A DNA stretch of 64,000 nt from Hydrolagus colliei (Eukaryota). How positions within the stretch are numbered: the stretch's first letter is position 1; every line of letters starts with the position of its first letter. The stretch is taken from NCBI GenBank assembly GCA_035084275.1, contig CM068778.1, forward strand, positions 1,488,001 to 1,552,000, written 5' to 3'. The position numbers and the translations under genes are program-made. The notes under the pieces were generated by a model. That model made no database searches and was not told where the DNA came from. It was given only the letters and a program-made list of their open reading frames with translations. Positions 1 through 11,199 of this stretch are shown piece by piece.

Positions 1-550
1 CCCTGCCAACACCTGCCTCAGTCTCTGCCAAAATTAAGCACATCAACACAGTCGATCGAGAGATAGAGCAAAAGAGTTTCAGAGCCAGAGTGGTCACGGT
101 TCTGTCTCGTCTGCTCTCCACACTTTTCCCTCTGTGTCTCTGTCTCTGAATCTGGAATCAATTTTGGAAGCTTCTGTCCATACCCTAGGGGAGGCTGCAG
201 CTTGACTAAGACAACTCCGCTCCACCCCACATCTCCATCTCCCACCAATGTCCAAATCTGCGTGTGTGAGGGTGGGGGGGGGGGTGGGGGAGGGGAACGA
301 AACAGTCACTTCCTATGTGGTGCCGACACTTTGATGTGATTGGTGCATTTACTCTGCCAGACCTTCACTCCACAGAGACAGAGAGTGAGAGACAACCATA
401 GCGAACTATGGGTTCGTGAGAGAGTGGATTGCTTTTGAGGACGTTAAATAGGTAAAGGTTGTGCGACTAATAAACAAAGATCGTGTGTGAGAGAGACGAC
501 AGGAGAGATACCTGAACTCAGGTGTGAAAATCCCAAGGTTAATCTCAAAT

Positions 551-939
551 CTCTGTCCTTTCTCACTGTCTCTCTCATCTTGACCCTCTGGCCCTGTGAG
601 TATCTCTCCACATCTTTCAATTTCACTCAGGCTCCCATTCCCATTCGGATTCTACATTACCACCATTGCTTGTCCAAAATAATCCCGCTCATGTGTATAT
701 GTGTGTGCAGGTGTTTGTGTTTGAAGGTGTATAATCCTTCAAATCCAACCAAGACATTCCCTGGTGGCAGGATGGTGAATAATATGTTGTCTTTGCAGGT
801 CTGTCACAGGGCAGAGTTGGTGACTCAGTGGCCGGGGATAGTCACAGCCAGAGGGGGAGACAATGTGACTCTGAGATGTTACCAAAAGCAGAAAACCCAT
901 CCAATAATGCTCTGGTACCTCCAACCCCATCAGGGAGGC
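551..939 (+). pseudogene. V1: TCR V pseudogene; leader lacks ATG, V exon truncated in FR2, no RSS
   Basis: Leader remnant ends 595 with GTGAG donor, but the usual ccaacaATGagt is missing. V exon starts 799 (LVTQWPGIVTARGGDNVTLRCYQKQKTHPIMLWYLQPHQGG) and jumps into downstream-flank sequence at about 940. Confidence 0.88.
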
Positions 940-1196
940 TGTCTACTCCAAACACATAGAGGTTAGAGTAGACATGGCTGCGTCTCGCCTTACTGGGACT
1001 AAATGAAGACGAGGGGAGTGTCCGTGTGAGACAGTGAGAGGCAACGTTTGGGTGACAGGGGGAGTGCTATCAAGTAGGAAATAGGAAGTGAGCCAGTAAG
1101 ATATAAAGTGTGTATGTGAGAGAGAGGGAGATAGTGGCAGAGGTACCTGAGCTATGGTGTGAAGATCCTCAGGTGAATCTCAAATCTCTGCCAACA

Positions 1197-1764
1197 ATGA
1201 GTCTGTCGTTTCTCACTGTCTCTCTGATCTCTATCCTCTGGCCCTGTGAGTATCTCTCCACGTCTCTCAATTCCCCTCAGGCTCCCATTCCCATCATGAT
1301 TCTACATTAACACCACTGCCTGTCCGAAATAATCCCGTTGTATATGTGTATAAGTGTGAGAGTGTGGAAGTCTGTGTGTGTTTCTATGTGTATAATCCTT
1401 GAAATCCGACCAGGACTTTCACTGTGGGCAGGATGGTGAATGATGTGTTGTCGTTTCAGGCCTGTCACTGGCAGAGTTGGTGACTCAGTGGCCGAGGACA
1501 GTCACAGCCAGAGAGGGAGAGACTGTGACCTTGAGATGTTACCAGATTGAATCAGCCCTGAATACAATGCTCTGGTACCTCCAACCCCACCAGGGAGGCC
1601 TCACATTGATCGGATATAACCGTTTACCACCATCAAATTATGAGGAGGGTTTTAAATCTGGCTACAACATCACAAAGATAAGTGACAACAAGGATTCCTC
1701 CCTGGAGATCTCCATCAGCAACACAGCCCAGGAGGGGGTGTATTACTGTGCTGCTAGAGAAGGG
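1197..1764 (+). CDS. TRBV: V2: TCR beta-like V segment, intact ORF, defective heptamer
   Basis: Leader 1197-1245, V exon 1460-1764. RSS 1765-1803: CGCAGCG, 23-nt spacer, ACATAAACC. Confidence 0.85.
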
Positions 1765-2429
1765 CGCAGCGTGAGAGAGAGACAGATCTCTCATACATAA
1801 ACCTCACAAAGGATACACAACCACTCTCTTCACCACACACACAGACAGACGCACACACACAGAGACAGACACACACACACAAACCAGCCTTTCCTACACC
1901 AACACCTGTCCTCAGTCTCTGCAAAACATTACACACATCAATACAGCCGACAGTGAGACAGAGAGTGAAAAGATGAAGAGTTTAAAGTAGACACGGCTCC
2001 GTCTCGCCTACTCCCCGCACTGCACACACGATGTCTCCCCACGTCTCTCTGCGTCCTCCCACAGGCGCTCTATCAATATAATTCTGTTGTTGTGTATCTG
2101 AATCTGAGACCAATTTGGCAACCTGCTGTTCTCAGTCCATACCATTGGGGACGCTGTAGCTTCATTTAATCCACCGATTAATGCCACTGTTGCCTTTAAT
2201 CTGCCAGATATTCATTCCACAGACACAGAGAGAGGGACAGGTGGGGAGAGTGTGTGTGGGACAGTGAGTGGCAATGGTTGGATGACATGGGCAGTGCTAT
2301 CGAGTAGGAAATAGGAAGTGAGCCAGTAAGATATAAAGTGTGTATGTGAGAGAGAGAGAGAGAGAGTGTGGGAGAGATACCTGATCTTTGGTGTCAAGAT
2401 ACCAAGGTTAATCCAACGATCGGCCAACA

Positions 2430-2988
2430 ATGAGTCTGTTGTTTCCCACTGTCTCTCTGATCTCCATCCTCTGGCCCTGTGAGTATCTCTCCACATCTCC
2501 CAATTCCACCTCAGGTTCCCAACTCCACTGGGATTCTACATCTTGTCGGAACTAATCCCTCTTTTTTGTAAATCCGTGTGTGAGAGTGTGGAGTTGTGTT
2601 TGTGTGTGTGTGTGTTTAATCCCTGAAATCTGACCAGGACGTTCCCTGTGGACATGATGATGGATGTTACATTGTCTTTGCAGGTCTGTCACTGGCAGAG
2701 TTGGTGACTCAGAGGCCGAGGACAGTCGCAGCCAGAGAGGGAGAGAGAGTGACCTTGAGATGTCACCATGACAATACTAACCTTAATGCAATGCTCTGGT
2801 ACCTCCAACCCCATCAGGGAGGCCTCACATTGATCGGATATTCCTTTGCGCCAAGTCTAAATTATGAGAAGGGTTTTGAATCTGTCTACACCATTACACA
2901 GACCAGTGACTATAAGGAATCCTCCCTGAAGATCAACATCAGCAACACAACCCAGGAGGGGGTGTATTATTGCGCTGCTAGAGAAGGG
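2430..2988 (+). CDS. TRBV: V3: TCR beta-like V segment, intact ORF, 21-nt RSS spacer
   Basis: Leader 2430-2478, V exon 2684-2988. CACAGTG 2989-2995, 21-nt spacer, nonamer 3017-3025. Confidence 0.85.
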
Positions 2989-3667
2989 CACAGTGTGATA
3001 GAGACAGATCTCTCGTACATAAACCTCACACAGGGTACACAACATCTCAATTCACCAAACACACACACACACACTTACAAACACATAGATAACAAACCTT
3101 CCCCCACGAAACACCTGCCTTCAGATTCTGCCAAAAAAATTAAATATTCTACATCAACACAGCCGATTGAGAGACAGAGAATAACAGAGTTTCAGGGCCA
3201 GAGTAGACACGGCTCCATCTCACTTACTCTTCACACTGTTCCCTCTGTTTCTCTGTCTCTGAAACTGGGACTAAATTTCCAACCTACACAGTCCTCACCC
3301 GAGGGAGGCTTCAGCTTCATTGACACACCTCCCCTCCCTCTACATCTCAAACCTCCCACTAATGTCACACGGGGGAGAGGGAGAGGGGGGTGGGGGAGAG
3401 ACACTGACATCTGATGTAGTGCCTACGCTTTGTGGTCATTGGAGCATTTACTCTAGAGAACTTCATTCCACAGTGACAGAGAGACAGAGAGTGTGTGTGT
3501 GTGAGAGAGAGAATATTTGTATGACAGTACTTCCGAGAATGAAATGAGAATTGAGGATTTCAGATATAAATAGCCTGTGTGAGAGGGTGGGAGGAGGGGG
3601 TGGGTGGAGAGACAAACCTGAGCTCTGGTGTGAAGATCCCAAGATTAATCTCAAGTTTCCGCCAACA

Positions 3668-4238
3668 ATGAGTCTGTCTTTTCTCACTGTCTCTCTGATC
3701 TCCATCCTCTGGCCCTGTGAGTATCTCTCCACGTCTCTCAATTCCCCTTCAGGCTCCCATTCCCATCATGATTCTACATTACCACCACTGCCTGTCTGAA
3801 ATAATCCCGCTGTTTACGTGTATATGTGTGTGAGGGTGTGGAAGTCTGTGTGTGTTTCTATGTGTATAATCCTTGAAATCTGACCAGGACTTTCTCTGAG
3901 GGCAGGAAGGCGAATGATGTGTTGTCTTTGCAGGTCTGTCACTGGCAGAGTTGGTGACTCAGTGGCCGGGGACAGTCACAGCCAGAGAGGGAGAGACTGT
4001 GACTCTGAGGTGTTACCAAAACGAGACAACCCATCCAATAATGCTCTGGTACCTCCAACCCCATCAGGGAGGCCTCACATTGATTGGACATGGCTATGCC
4101 TCAAAACCAAATTATGAGAAAGATTTTGCATCTGTCTACACCATTATACAGACGAGTGACTATAAGGATTCCTCATTGAACATCTCTATCAGCAACACAG
4201 CCCAGGAGGGTGTGTATTACTGTGCTGCTAGAGAAGGG
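3668..4238 (+). CDS. TRBV: V4: TCR beta-like V segment
   Basis: Leader 3668-3716, V exon 3934-4238, RSS 4239-4277 (CACAGCG/23/ACATAAACC). Confidence 0.9.
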
Positions 4239-4880
4239 CACAGCGTGAGAGAGAGACAGATCTCTCATACATAAACCTCACACAGGGTACACACAATGAC
4301 TCTCTTCCCCAAACACACACTCACACAAGCCAACCTTTCCTCCACCAAATCCTGCCGCCAGTCTCTGCAACAATTAAACACATCAATACAGATGTCTGAG
4401 AGATAATGTGTGGAAGAATTTCAGGGACAGAGTAGACAAAGACTCCCATCTCTCGCCTACTTTCCACACTGCACAAACGCACCTCCCCTCCTTCATTTCT
4501 CCCACCTCCCCTCCATTTCACACTTAAGGGATGGTGGGGGGAAGGGGGGGTTATGGAGGGGGCGAGTGGGAGGTCCTTCCAATGAGATGCTGGTACATTG
4601 GTGTCTTTGGTGCCTCTACTCTGCCAGAGTTTCATTGCACAGTGACAGAGAGCGTGTATGACACACACACGCCAAAGAGAGAGAGAGAGAGATAGGAGAA
4701 CGTTTGGGAGAGATGGGAAGCTGTTTTTTTTATTGTCACTGAGAAACTTGTATAGAAAGAGAGAGAGGGAGAGAGAGAGAGAGAAAGCGAGAGATAAAGA
4801 AAGAGCATATGGGTGTGTGAGAGAGAGCAACGTGATTTTCTGAGGTGAATCCCAAGGTTAATTGAAGTACCCTAACAACA

Positions 4881-5432
4881 ATGAGTCTGTCCTTTCTGAC
4901 TGTCTCTCTGATCTCCATCCTCTGGCCCTGTGAGTATCTCTCCACATTTCCCAATTTGTAGCAAGATACGAAACACACGGAAAGGATTCCCTGTCGCACC
5001 TTTCTCTCTGTCTGATAAGATCCCACTTTCTGCGTGAGCACAATCCAAGGAATTCCCTCCCACACGGGAGATTCAGCCCAGATTCCCTCCCTGTTGGTGA
5101 AATCACATTGTTATGTTGTCTTTGCAGGTCTGTCACTGGCAGAGTTGGTGACTCAGTGGCCGGGGACTGTCACAGCCAGAGAGGGAGAGACTGTGACCTT
5201 GAGATGTTACCAGAACGAATCAGCCCTTAGTACGATGCTCTGGTACCTCCAACCCCATCAGGGAGGCCTCACATTGATCGGATATCTCCAGTACCCACCA
5301 ACAAGTTATGAGGAGGGTTTTCGATCTGGCTACAACATCACAAAGTCAAAAGACAAAAAGCATTCCTCCCTGGAGATCTCCATCAGCAACACTACCCAGG
5401 AGGGGGTGTATTACTGTGCTGCTAGAGAAGGG
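4881..5432 (+). CDS. TRBV: V5: TCR beta-like V segment
   Basis: Leader 4881-4929, V exon 5128-5432, RSS 5433-5471 (CACAGCG/23). Confidence 0.9.
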
Positions 5433-6233
5433 CACAGCGTGAGAGAGAGGCAGATCTCTCATACATAAACCCTGCTCCCTTTATACACCTGCGCTCAAAT
5501 GCAAAACCATGCCAACACAGATGGCTGAGAGACAGAGGCAGAGACTGAGCTCAGGAGTAGACCGTGGCTTTATCTCCGCAACCCCCCATATTGTTGTCGC
5601 CATGTGAAAATCTCTGATTAGTTCAAATTTTGTGTTTTTTTTCACTCTATGCCATCCTCGCAAAACCTGGTAACAACTGCTCTTCCTGAAGGTCATACCC
5701 ACTCGAGAGGGTGTGGGGGGATGGGTGGGGTGGGGGGGAATGCGGCTGGATCATCAAAGTGGGTCTGGAGATCAACAGTCACCTCGCAGCCGAACTGTCT
5801 CCAATTTGATGGACTTGGTAAAGGAATGTTGGAATTCAGTCCACTCAGAGAAGTCAGGTTCGGTCACAGCCAGAGAGGGAGACAGAGTGACCAATGTCCA
5901 ACAGGTGAGGGGGGGGGGGGGCGGGGGGGTGGCTAGGCCAGGAGCATTTCTCATGTGGTGCCGTCACTTTGCTGTCATGATGCCTTTACTCTGTCAGTAC
6001 TTCACTCCACAGTGATACAGAGAGAGATTGTGTGCGCGTATGTATATCAGTGAGTGCGAAAGAGAGACCGAGCTAGACAACGATTTGGAGAGAAGGAAGG
6101 GAAGTTACGAAAGCTAGGTGCAAAGCCAGAGTGTGGGCGATAAGGAAAGAGCCTGTGTGTGAGAGAGAAGCAGGGCGACAAACCTGAGCTCTGGTGTGAA
6201 GATCCCAAAGTTAATCTCAAGTCTCCCACAAGA

Positions 6234-6512
6234 ATGAGTCTGTCCTTTCTCACTGTCTCTCTGATCTCCATCCTCTGGCCCTGTGAGTATCTCTCCACGT
6301 CTCTCAAATCCCCTCAGGCTCCCATTTCCCACAGGGATCTAACACTACCACCATTGCATGTCTGAAATAATCTTGCTGTGTGTGAAAGTGTGGAGGTGTT
6401 TGAGTGTGTTTTTGTGCGTTGATGTGTGTGTAATCCGTGAAATCCGACCAGGACGTTCTCCGTGGGCAGGATGGCAAATGATGTGTTGTCTTCATTCTCT
6501 CATACATAAACC
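6234..6512 (+). pseudogene. V6: leader and intron with the whole V exon deleted; orphan nonamer
   Basis: Intact leader 6234-6282. The intron runs to tgttgtctt (about 6492), then joins tctctcat ACATAAACC (nonamer 6504-6512). Acceptor, V exon and heptamer are absent. Confidence 0.88.
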
Positions 6513-7529
6513 TCACACAGCATATAAAACCGCTCTCCTCACCACACACACAGACGTTCACAAACTAGCCTCTCCCCCACTCCCCGGCCCCCACCAACAC
6601 CTATTCTCACTTTGTCAAAAATGGAAGACATCAATGATTGAGAGACCGGGAGAAAAAGAGGTTCTGGGACAGAGTAGATGACCTTCCACACTGTTGTCTC
6701 TGTCTCTGAATCGTTGACCAACTTTGACCAGTGATCTCATGTTCCCAGTCTACACCATGGGGGAGGCTCTAGCTTTTCTAAGACGCCTCCCCTGACCCAC
6801 ACCTGCACCTCCCACCAATGTCACACAGAGGGCGTGGGGCGGGGGAGAGAGGCACATTTCCTTCGTGGTGCCTTCACTTTGGTGTCATGTATGGCTTTAA
6901 TCTGCCAGTGCTTCAGTGTTACAGAGAGAGATTGTGTGTGTGTGTATGAGAGAGCGAGAGTGAGAGAGAACAACATAGACAACGTTGTCGAGAGAAGAGA
7001 CTGGAGTTAAGAAAATTAAATATAAAAACAGAGTGTGGGTCATAAAGAAAGAGCATATGTGAGAGAGAAGAAGGGAGAGAAACCTGAGCACTGGTGTGAG
7101 GATCCCACAGTTAATCTAAAGGCTCCACCAACAATGAGTCTGTCCTTTCTCACTGTCTCTCTGATCTCCATCCTCTGGCCCTGTGAGTATCTCTTCACAT
7201 CTCCCAAATCTCCACAGGTTCCCAAATCCCTTGGGATATCATAACATCGTCCATTTTCTCTGTCTCAGATGAACCTAATCTGTGTCAGTCTATATGTCAG
7301 TGTATGTATCTGTGTATGTGTGTGTGTAGATATATATATGTCTGTGTGTGTGTCATCCTGGGAATCAGACCAGGACATTCCCTGTGGGCAGGATGATGGA
7401 TGTTACATTGTCTTTGCAGGTCTGTCAGTGAGAGCCTTGGTGACTCAGTGGCCAGGGACAGTGACAGCCAGAGAGGGAGAGACTGTGACCTTGAGATGTT
7501 ACCAGAATGACACAGCCCTTACTACAATG

Positions 7530-9084
7530 GCTGGATAGAATAATTATAACCAGAGAGGAAGTGCTAAAAAGGTTGACGTCGCTCAAGGTGGATAAGTCAC
7601 CTGGTCCGGATGGGATGCACCCTAGGTTACTAAGTGAGGCACGGGAGCAAATAGCAGGGACTCTGGCCACGATCTTTCAATCTTCCTTGGACACAGGGGT
7701 CGTGCCAGAGGACTGGAGGATAGCTAATGTTACTCCCTTGTATAAAAAGGGGCAGAAGGACAAGCCTGGTAACTACAGACCAGTCAGTCTAACGTCGGTA
7801 GTGGGCAAAATTCTAGAGTCCATAATCAGGGACAAGGTAGATCTTCACTTAGAAAGATATAGGCTAATAAAGGACAGTCAACATGGATTTGTTAAAGGCA
7901 AATCTTGCCTTACAAATCTGATAGAATTTTTTGATGAGGTAACGGAATGGGTGGATAATGGTAGCGCAGTTGATGTAGTTTACATGGACTTTCAAAAGGC
8001 ATTTGACAAAGTGCCACATGAGAGACTTATTATGAAATTAAAGGCCCATGGCGTAAAAGGGACAGTGGCAGCGTGGATCCACAACTGGCTGCGAGACAGA
8101 AAGCAGAGAGTTGTAGTGAGCGGCTGTTTTTCAGATTGGAGGGAAGTGAGCAGTGGTGCGCCACAGGGATCGGTTTTGGGACCATTGCTGTTTGTAATCT
8201 ACATCAATGATCTGGACTTGGGTGTACGGAGTACAGTTTCCAAGTTTGCAGATGACACTAAGTTAGGGAGAATAGTAAACAGTGAGGAGGATAGTAGCCA
8301 TCTGCAAGAGGATATAGACAAATTGGTAAAGTGGGCAGACACATGGCAGATGAAGTTTAATGCAGAGAAGTGTGAGGTGATGCATTTTGGGAGAAGAAAT
8401 GAAGGGAGGCAATATAGGCTAGATAGTACAATTTTAAATGGTGTGAAGGAACAGAGAGACCTGGGGATTTGTGTTAGTGACTCGTTGAAGGTGGCAGGAC
8501 AGGTAGACAAGGCTGTTAAGAAGGCATATGGGATACTAGGCTTTATAAATAGGGGTATAGAGTACAAAAGTCAGGAAGTGCTGACTAACCTCTATAGGAC
8601 TTTGGTGAGGCCTCAGCTGGAATACTGTGTTCAATTCTGGTCACCACACTACAGAAAGGATGTGAAGGCATTGGAAAGGGTACAACGAAGATTTACTAGG
8701 ATGGTGCCAGGATTGAGGGACTTCAGCTATGAGGAGAGGCTAGATAGGCTAGGGTTATTCTCTCTGGAGCAGAGAAGATTGAGGGGAGACCTAATAGAGG
8801 TTTATAAGATCATGAGGGGTTTCGACAGGGCAAATAGAGAAAAACTATTTCCACTCGTGGGTGAATCTGTGACTCGTGGTCACAGATTTAAAATAGTTTC
8901 AAGGCGCAGTAGAGGGGAGCTGAGGAGAAATTTTTTCACTCAGCGAGTTGTTCGAATCTGGAATGCATTGCCTGAAAAGGTGGTGGAGGCTGATTCGATA
9001 ACAACTTTTAAAAGGGAATTAGATCTTTATTTAGGAAGAACGGGTCTATTAGGCTATGGGGAGCGGGCAGGGCAATGGGATTGA
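7530..9084 (+). CDS. CR1 ORF2 C-terminal part (reverse transcriptase domain), uninterrupted
   Basis: ORF 7507..9084 (525 aa); the first few residues come from V7 sequence read out of frame. No stops across the RT domain. Confidence 0.85.
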
Positions 9085-9177
9085 ATCGCTCTTTTCAAAG
9101 AGCCGGCACAGACTAGATGGGCCGAATGGCCTCCTTTTGTGCCGTAAAATTCTATGATTCTATGATTCTATGATTCT
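7530..9177 (+). mobile_element. CR1-clade LINE (HER1-like), 5'-truncated, copy 1
   Basis: RT motifs QHGF, YMDFQKAFDKV, PQGSVLGP, FADD. 3' UTR ...GGGCCGAATGGCCTCC..., (ATTCTATG)n tail. Candidate TSD AATG at 7526-7529 and 9178-9181. Confidence 0.95.
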
Positions 9178-9793
9178 AATGCTCTGGTACTTCCAACTCC
9201 AAGAGGGAGGCCTCACATTGATCGGTTATTTCTATCGATCAAACCCAAATTATGAGGAGGGTTTTAAATCTGGCTACAACATCACAAAGATAAGTGACAT
9301 GAAGGATTCCTCCCTGCTGATCTCCATCAGGAACACAGCCCAGGAGGGGGTGTATTACTGTGCTGCTAGAGAAGGGCACAGTGTGAGAGAGAGACAGATC
9401 TCTCATACATAAACCTCACACAGGATACACAATGTCTCAGTTACCACACACACACACCACAATAGTCTTTCCCCCGCCAACACCTGTCATCACCTCGTCT
9501 GCTCTCCACACTTTTCTTCCTCTGTCATTGTATATCAATCTTCTAACCCATCCAGTCCATGCTCTTATAGAGAATGTAGCTTCACTAGGATGCCACCCTC
9601 CCCTCCCCACCACATCTCCTCCTCCCCCTGGAGGTGGGGGGAAGGGCCTTTCCCATGTGGTGACATATACTTTGGTGCCATTGGAGCCTTTATTCTGCCG
9701 GAGCTTCAGCCCACAGTGACAAAGACACAGAGAGTGAGAGAGAACAAGCAATTAAGTGACAGAGAAAGAGACAACGTTTGGAATGATTGGGGG

Positions 9794-9803
9794 AGTGACA
9801 TCG
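9794..9803 (+). promoter_or_regulatory. CRE-like decamer AGTGACATCG upstream of the V8 leader
   Basis: 9/10 match to the TCR Vbeta promoter decamer AGTGAYATCA, about 120 nt upstream of the ATG. Also at 24885, 46064, 52271 and 63108 (AGTGACATAG at 32329). Confidence 0.5.
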
Positions 9804-9919
9804 AGAAATAAATAGAAACAGAGAGTGAGAGAGACACAGCGCATTTGGGAGAGGGAGGGTGAGAGAAACCTTAGCTCCGGTGAAGAGTTTCCATCAGTAA
9901 TCCCAAGTCTCTGCCAAAA

Positions 9920-10509
9920 ATGTGTCTGTCCTTTCTCAATGTCTCGCTGATCTCCATCCTCTGGCCCTGTGAGTATCTCTCAACATCTGTCTATTAAGAC
10001 ATCCTCCCAATGTGAAAAGCACTATACAAATGTGTTGTTGTTACCATAAAATATTAAACCCACAGGGCTTTCATATCACTCCCCGCTCTCTCTGTATCTG
10101 AGAGGATCCCGCTTTGTGTGTGTCAATAATGCCAGGAATTCCCAACGAAAATTCATCCCAGATTCCCTCCCTGTTGGTGGGATCACATTGTTATGTTGTC
10201 TTTGCAGGTCTGTCACTGGCAGAGTTGGTGACTCAGTGGCCAGGGACAGTCACAGCCAGCGAGGGAGACACTGTGACCTTGAGATGTTACCAGAATGAGA
10301 CAACCCTTGATACAATGCTCTGGTACATCCAACCCGACCAGGGAGGCCTCACATTGATCGGATATAACCGTTTACCACCAACAACTTATGAGGAGGGTTT
10401 TAAATCTGGCTACAACATCACAAAGACAAGTGACAAGGATTCCTCCTTGGAGATCTCCATCAGCAACACAGCCCAGGAGGGGGTGTATTTCTGTGCTGCT
10501 AGAGAAGGG
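9920..10509 (+). CDS. TRBV: V8: TCR beta-like V segment
   Basis: Leader 9920-9968, V exon 10208-10509, RSS 10510-10548 (CACAGCG/23). Confidence 0.9.
9995..10042 (+). mobile_element. Short L2-clade/SINE-type 3' tail fragment in intron
   Basis: ...gtgaaaagcactatacaaatgtgttgttgtt resembles the AAAGCGCTATATAAAT + simple-repeat 3' end. Also in the V23 and V37 introns. Confidence 0.45.
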
Positions 10510-10577
10510 CACAGCGTGAGAGTGAGGCAGATCTCTCATACATAAACCTCACACAGGATACACAAACACTCTCTTCA

Positions 10578-10613
<36 letters not shown>

Positions 10614-11199
10614 GGATACACACAAACCAGCCTTTCCCACCATCAACACCTGTGCTCACATTGTCAAGAAATTAACATCAACACAGACGATTGAGAGACA
10701 GAGAGGAAAAGAGAGTAGACATGGCTCCATCTTGCCTCCTCTCCACACTGTTCCCTCTGTCTCTGTTTCTGAATCATTGACATATTTTGTGACTTACTGT
10801 TCGCAGTCCATAACCTGGGGGAGGCTGCAGCTTCACGAACGCACCTCCCCTCACCCAAATCTGCACCTCCCACCAATGTCCCACAGGGGGGCGGGGAAGA
10901 GGCACATTTTCTATGTGGTGTCGACACTTTGGTGTCATTGATGGCTTTATTCTTTCTGTGCTTCATTCCACAGAGATACAAGAGAGATCGTTTGCGTGTG
11001 TGTGCATCAGACAGCGAGAGTGTGAGAGAGAGAGACCGAGCTAGACAACATTTTTGAGAGAAGAGAGTGAAGTCAAGAAAGTAAAATACAAAGACAGAGT
11101 GTGGGCGATAAGGAAAGAGCATATGTAGGAGAGAAGAAGGGAGAGAAACCTGAGCTCCGGTGTGAAGATCCCAAAGTTAATCTCAAGTCTCTGCCAACA

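Larger units (their letters stand above)
7134..9376 (+). pseudogene. V7: V segment split by a CR1 LINE
   Basis: Leader 7134-7182; V 5' part 7420-7529; V 3' part 9178-9376 (MLWYFQLQEGGLTLIGY...YYCAAREG). RSS 9377-9415 is intact (CACAGTG/23). Confidence 0.9.

Noticed and set aside
2701-3414. 237-aa ORF suggesting V plus a long C-terminal domain (also 34078..34554)
   Set aside because: Read-through caused by the 2-nt spacer deletion shifting the nonamer stop out of frame. The extension is low-complexity flank.
5034-5127. N-terminal extensions of V ORFs in the ORF track (e.g. MSTIQGIPSH..., MRPSIMPGNPQ...)
   Set aside because: These are intron sequence upstream of the tttgcAG acceptor. The real N-terminus is the 49-nt leader exon.
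8199-8567. 122-aa ORFs MYSIPLFIKPSIPY... (also 26103 and 47282)
   Set aside because: Antisense frame of the CR1 reverse transcriptase.
9713-9760. Extra CACAGTG heptamers in promoter-side flanks, suggesting hidden D segments or cryptic RSSs
   Set aside because: No nonamer-like sequence at 12 or 23 nt on either side in the copies I checked, and no paired signals flanking a short coding core.
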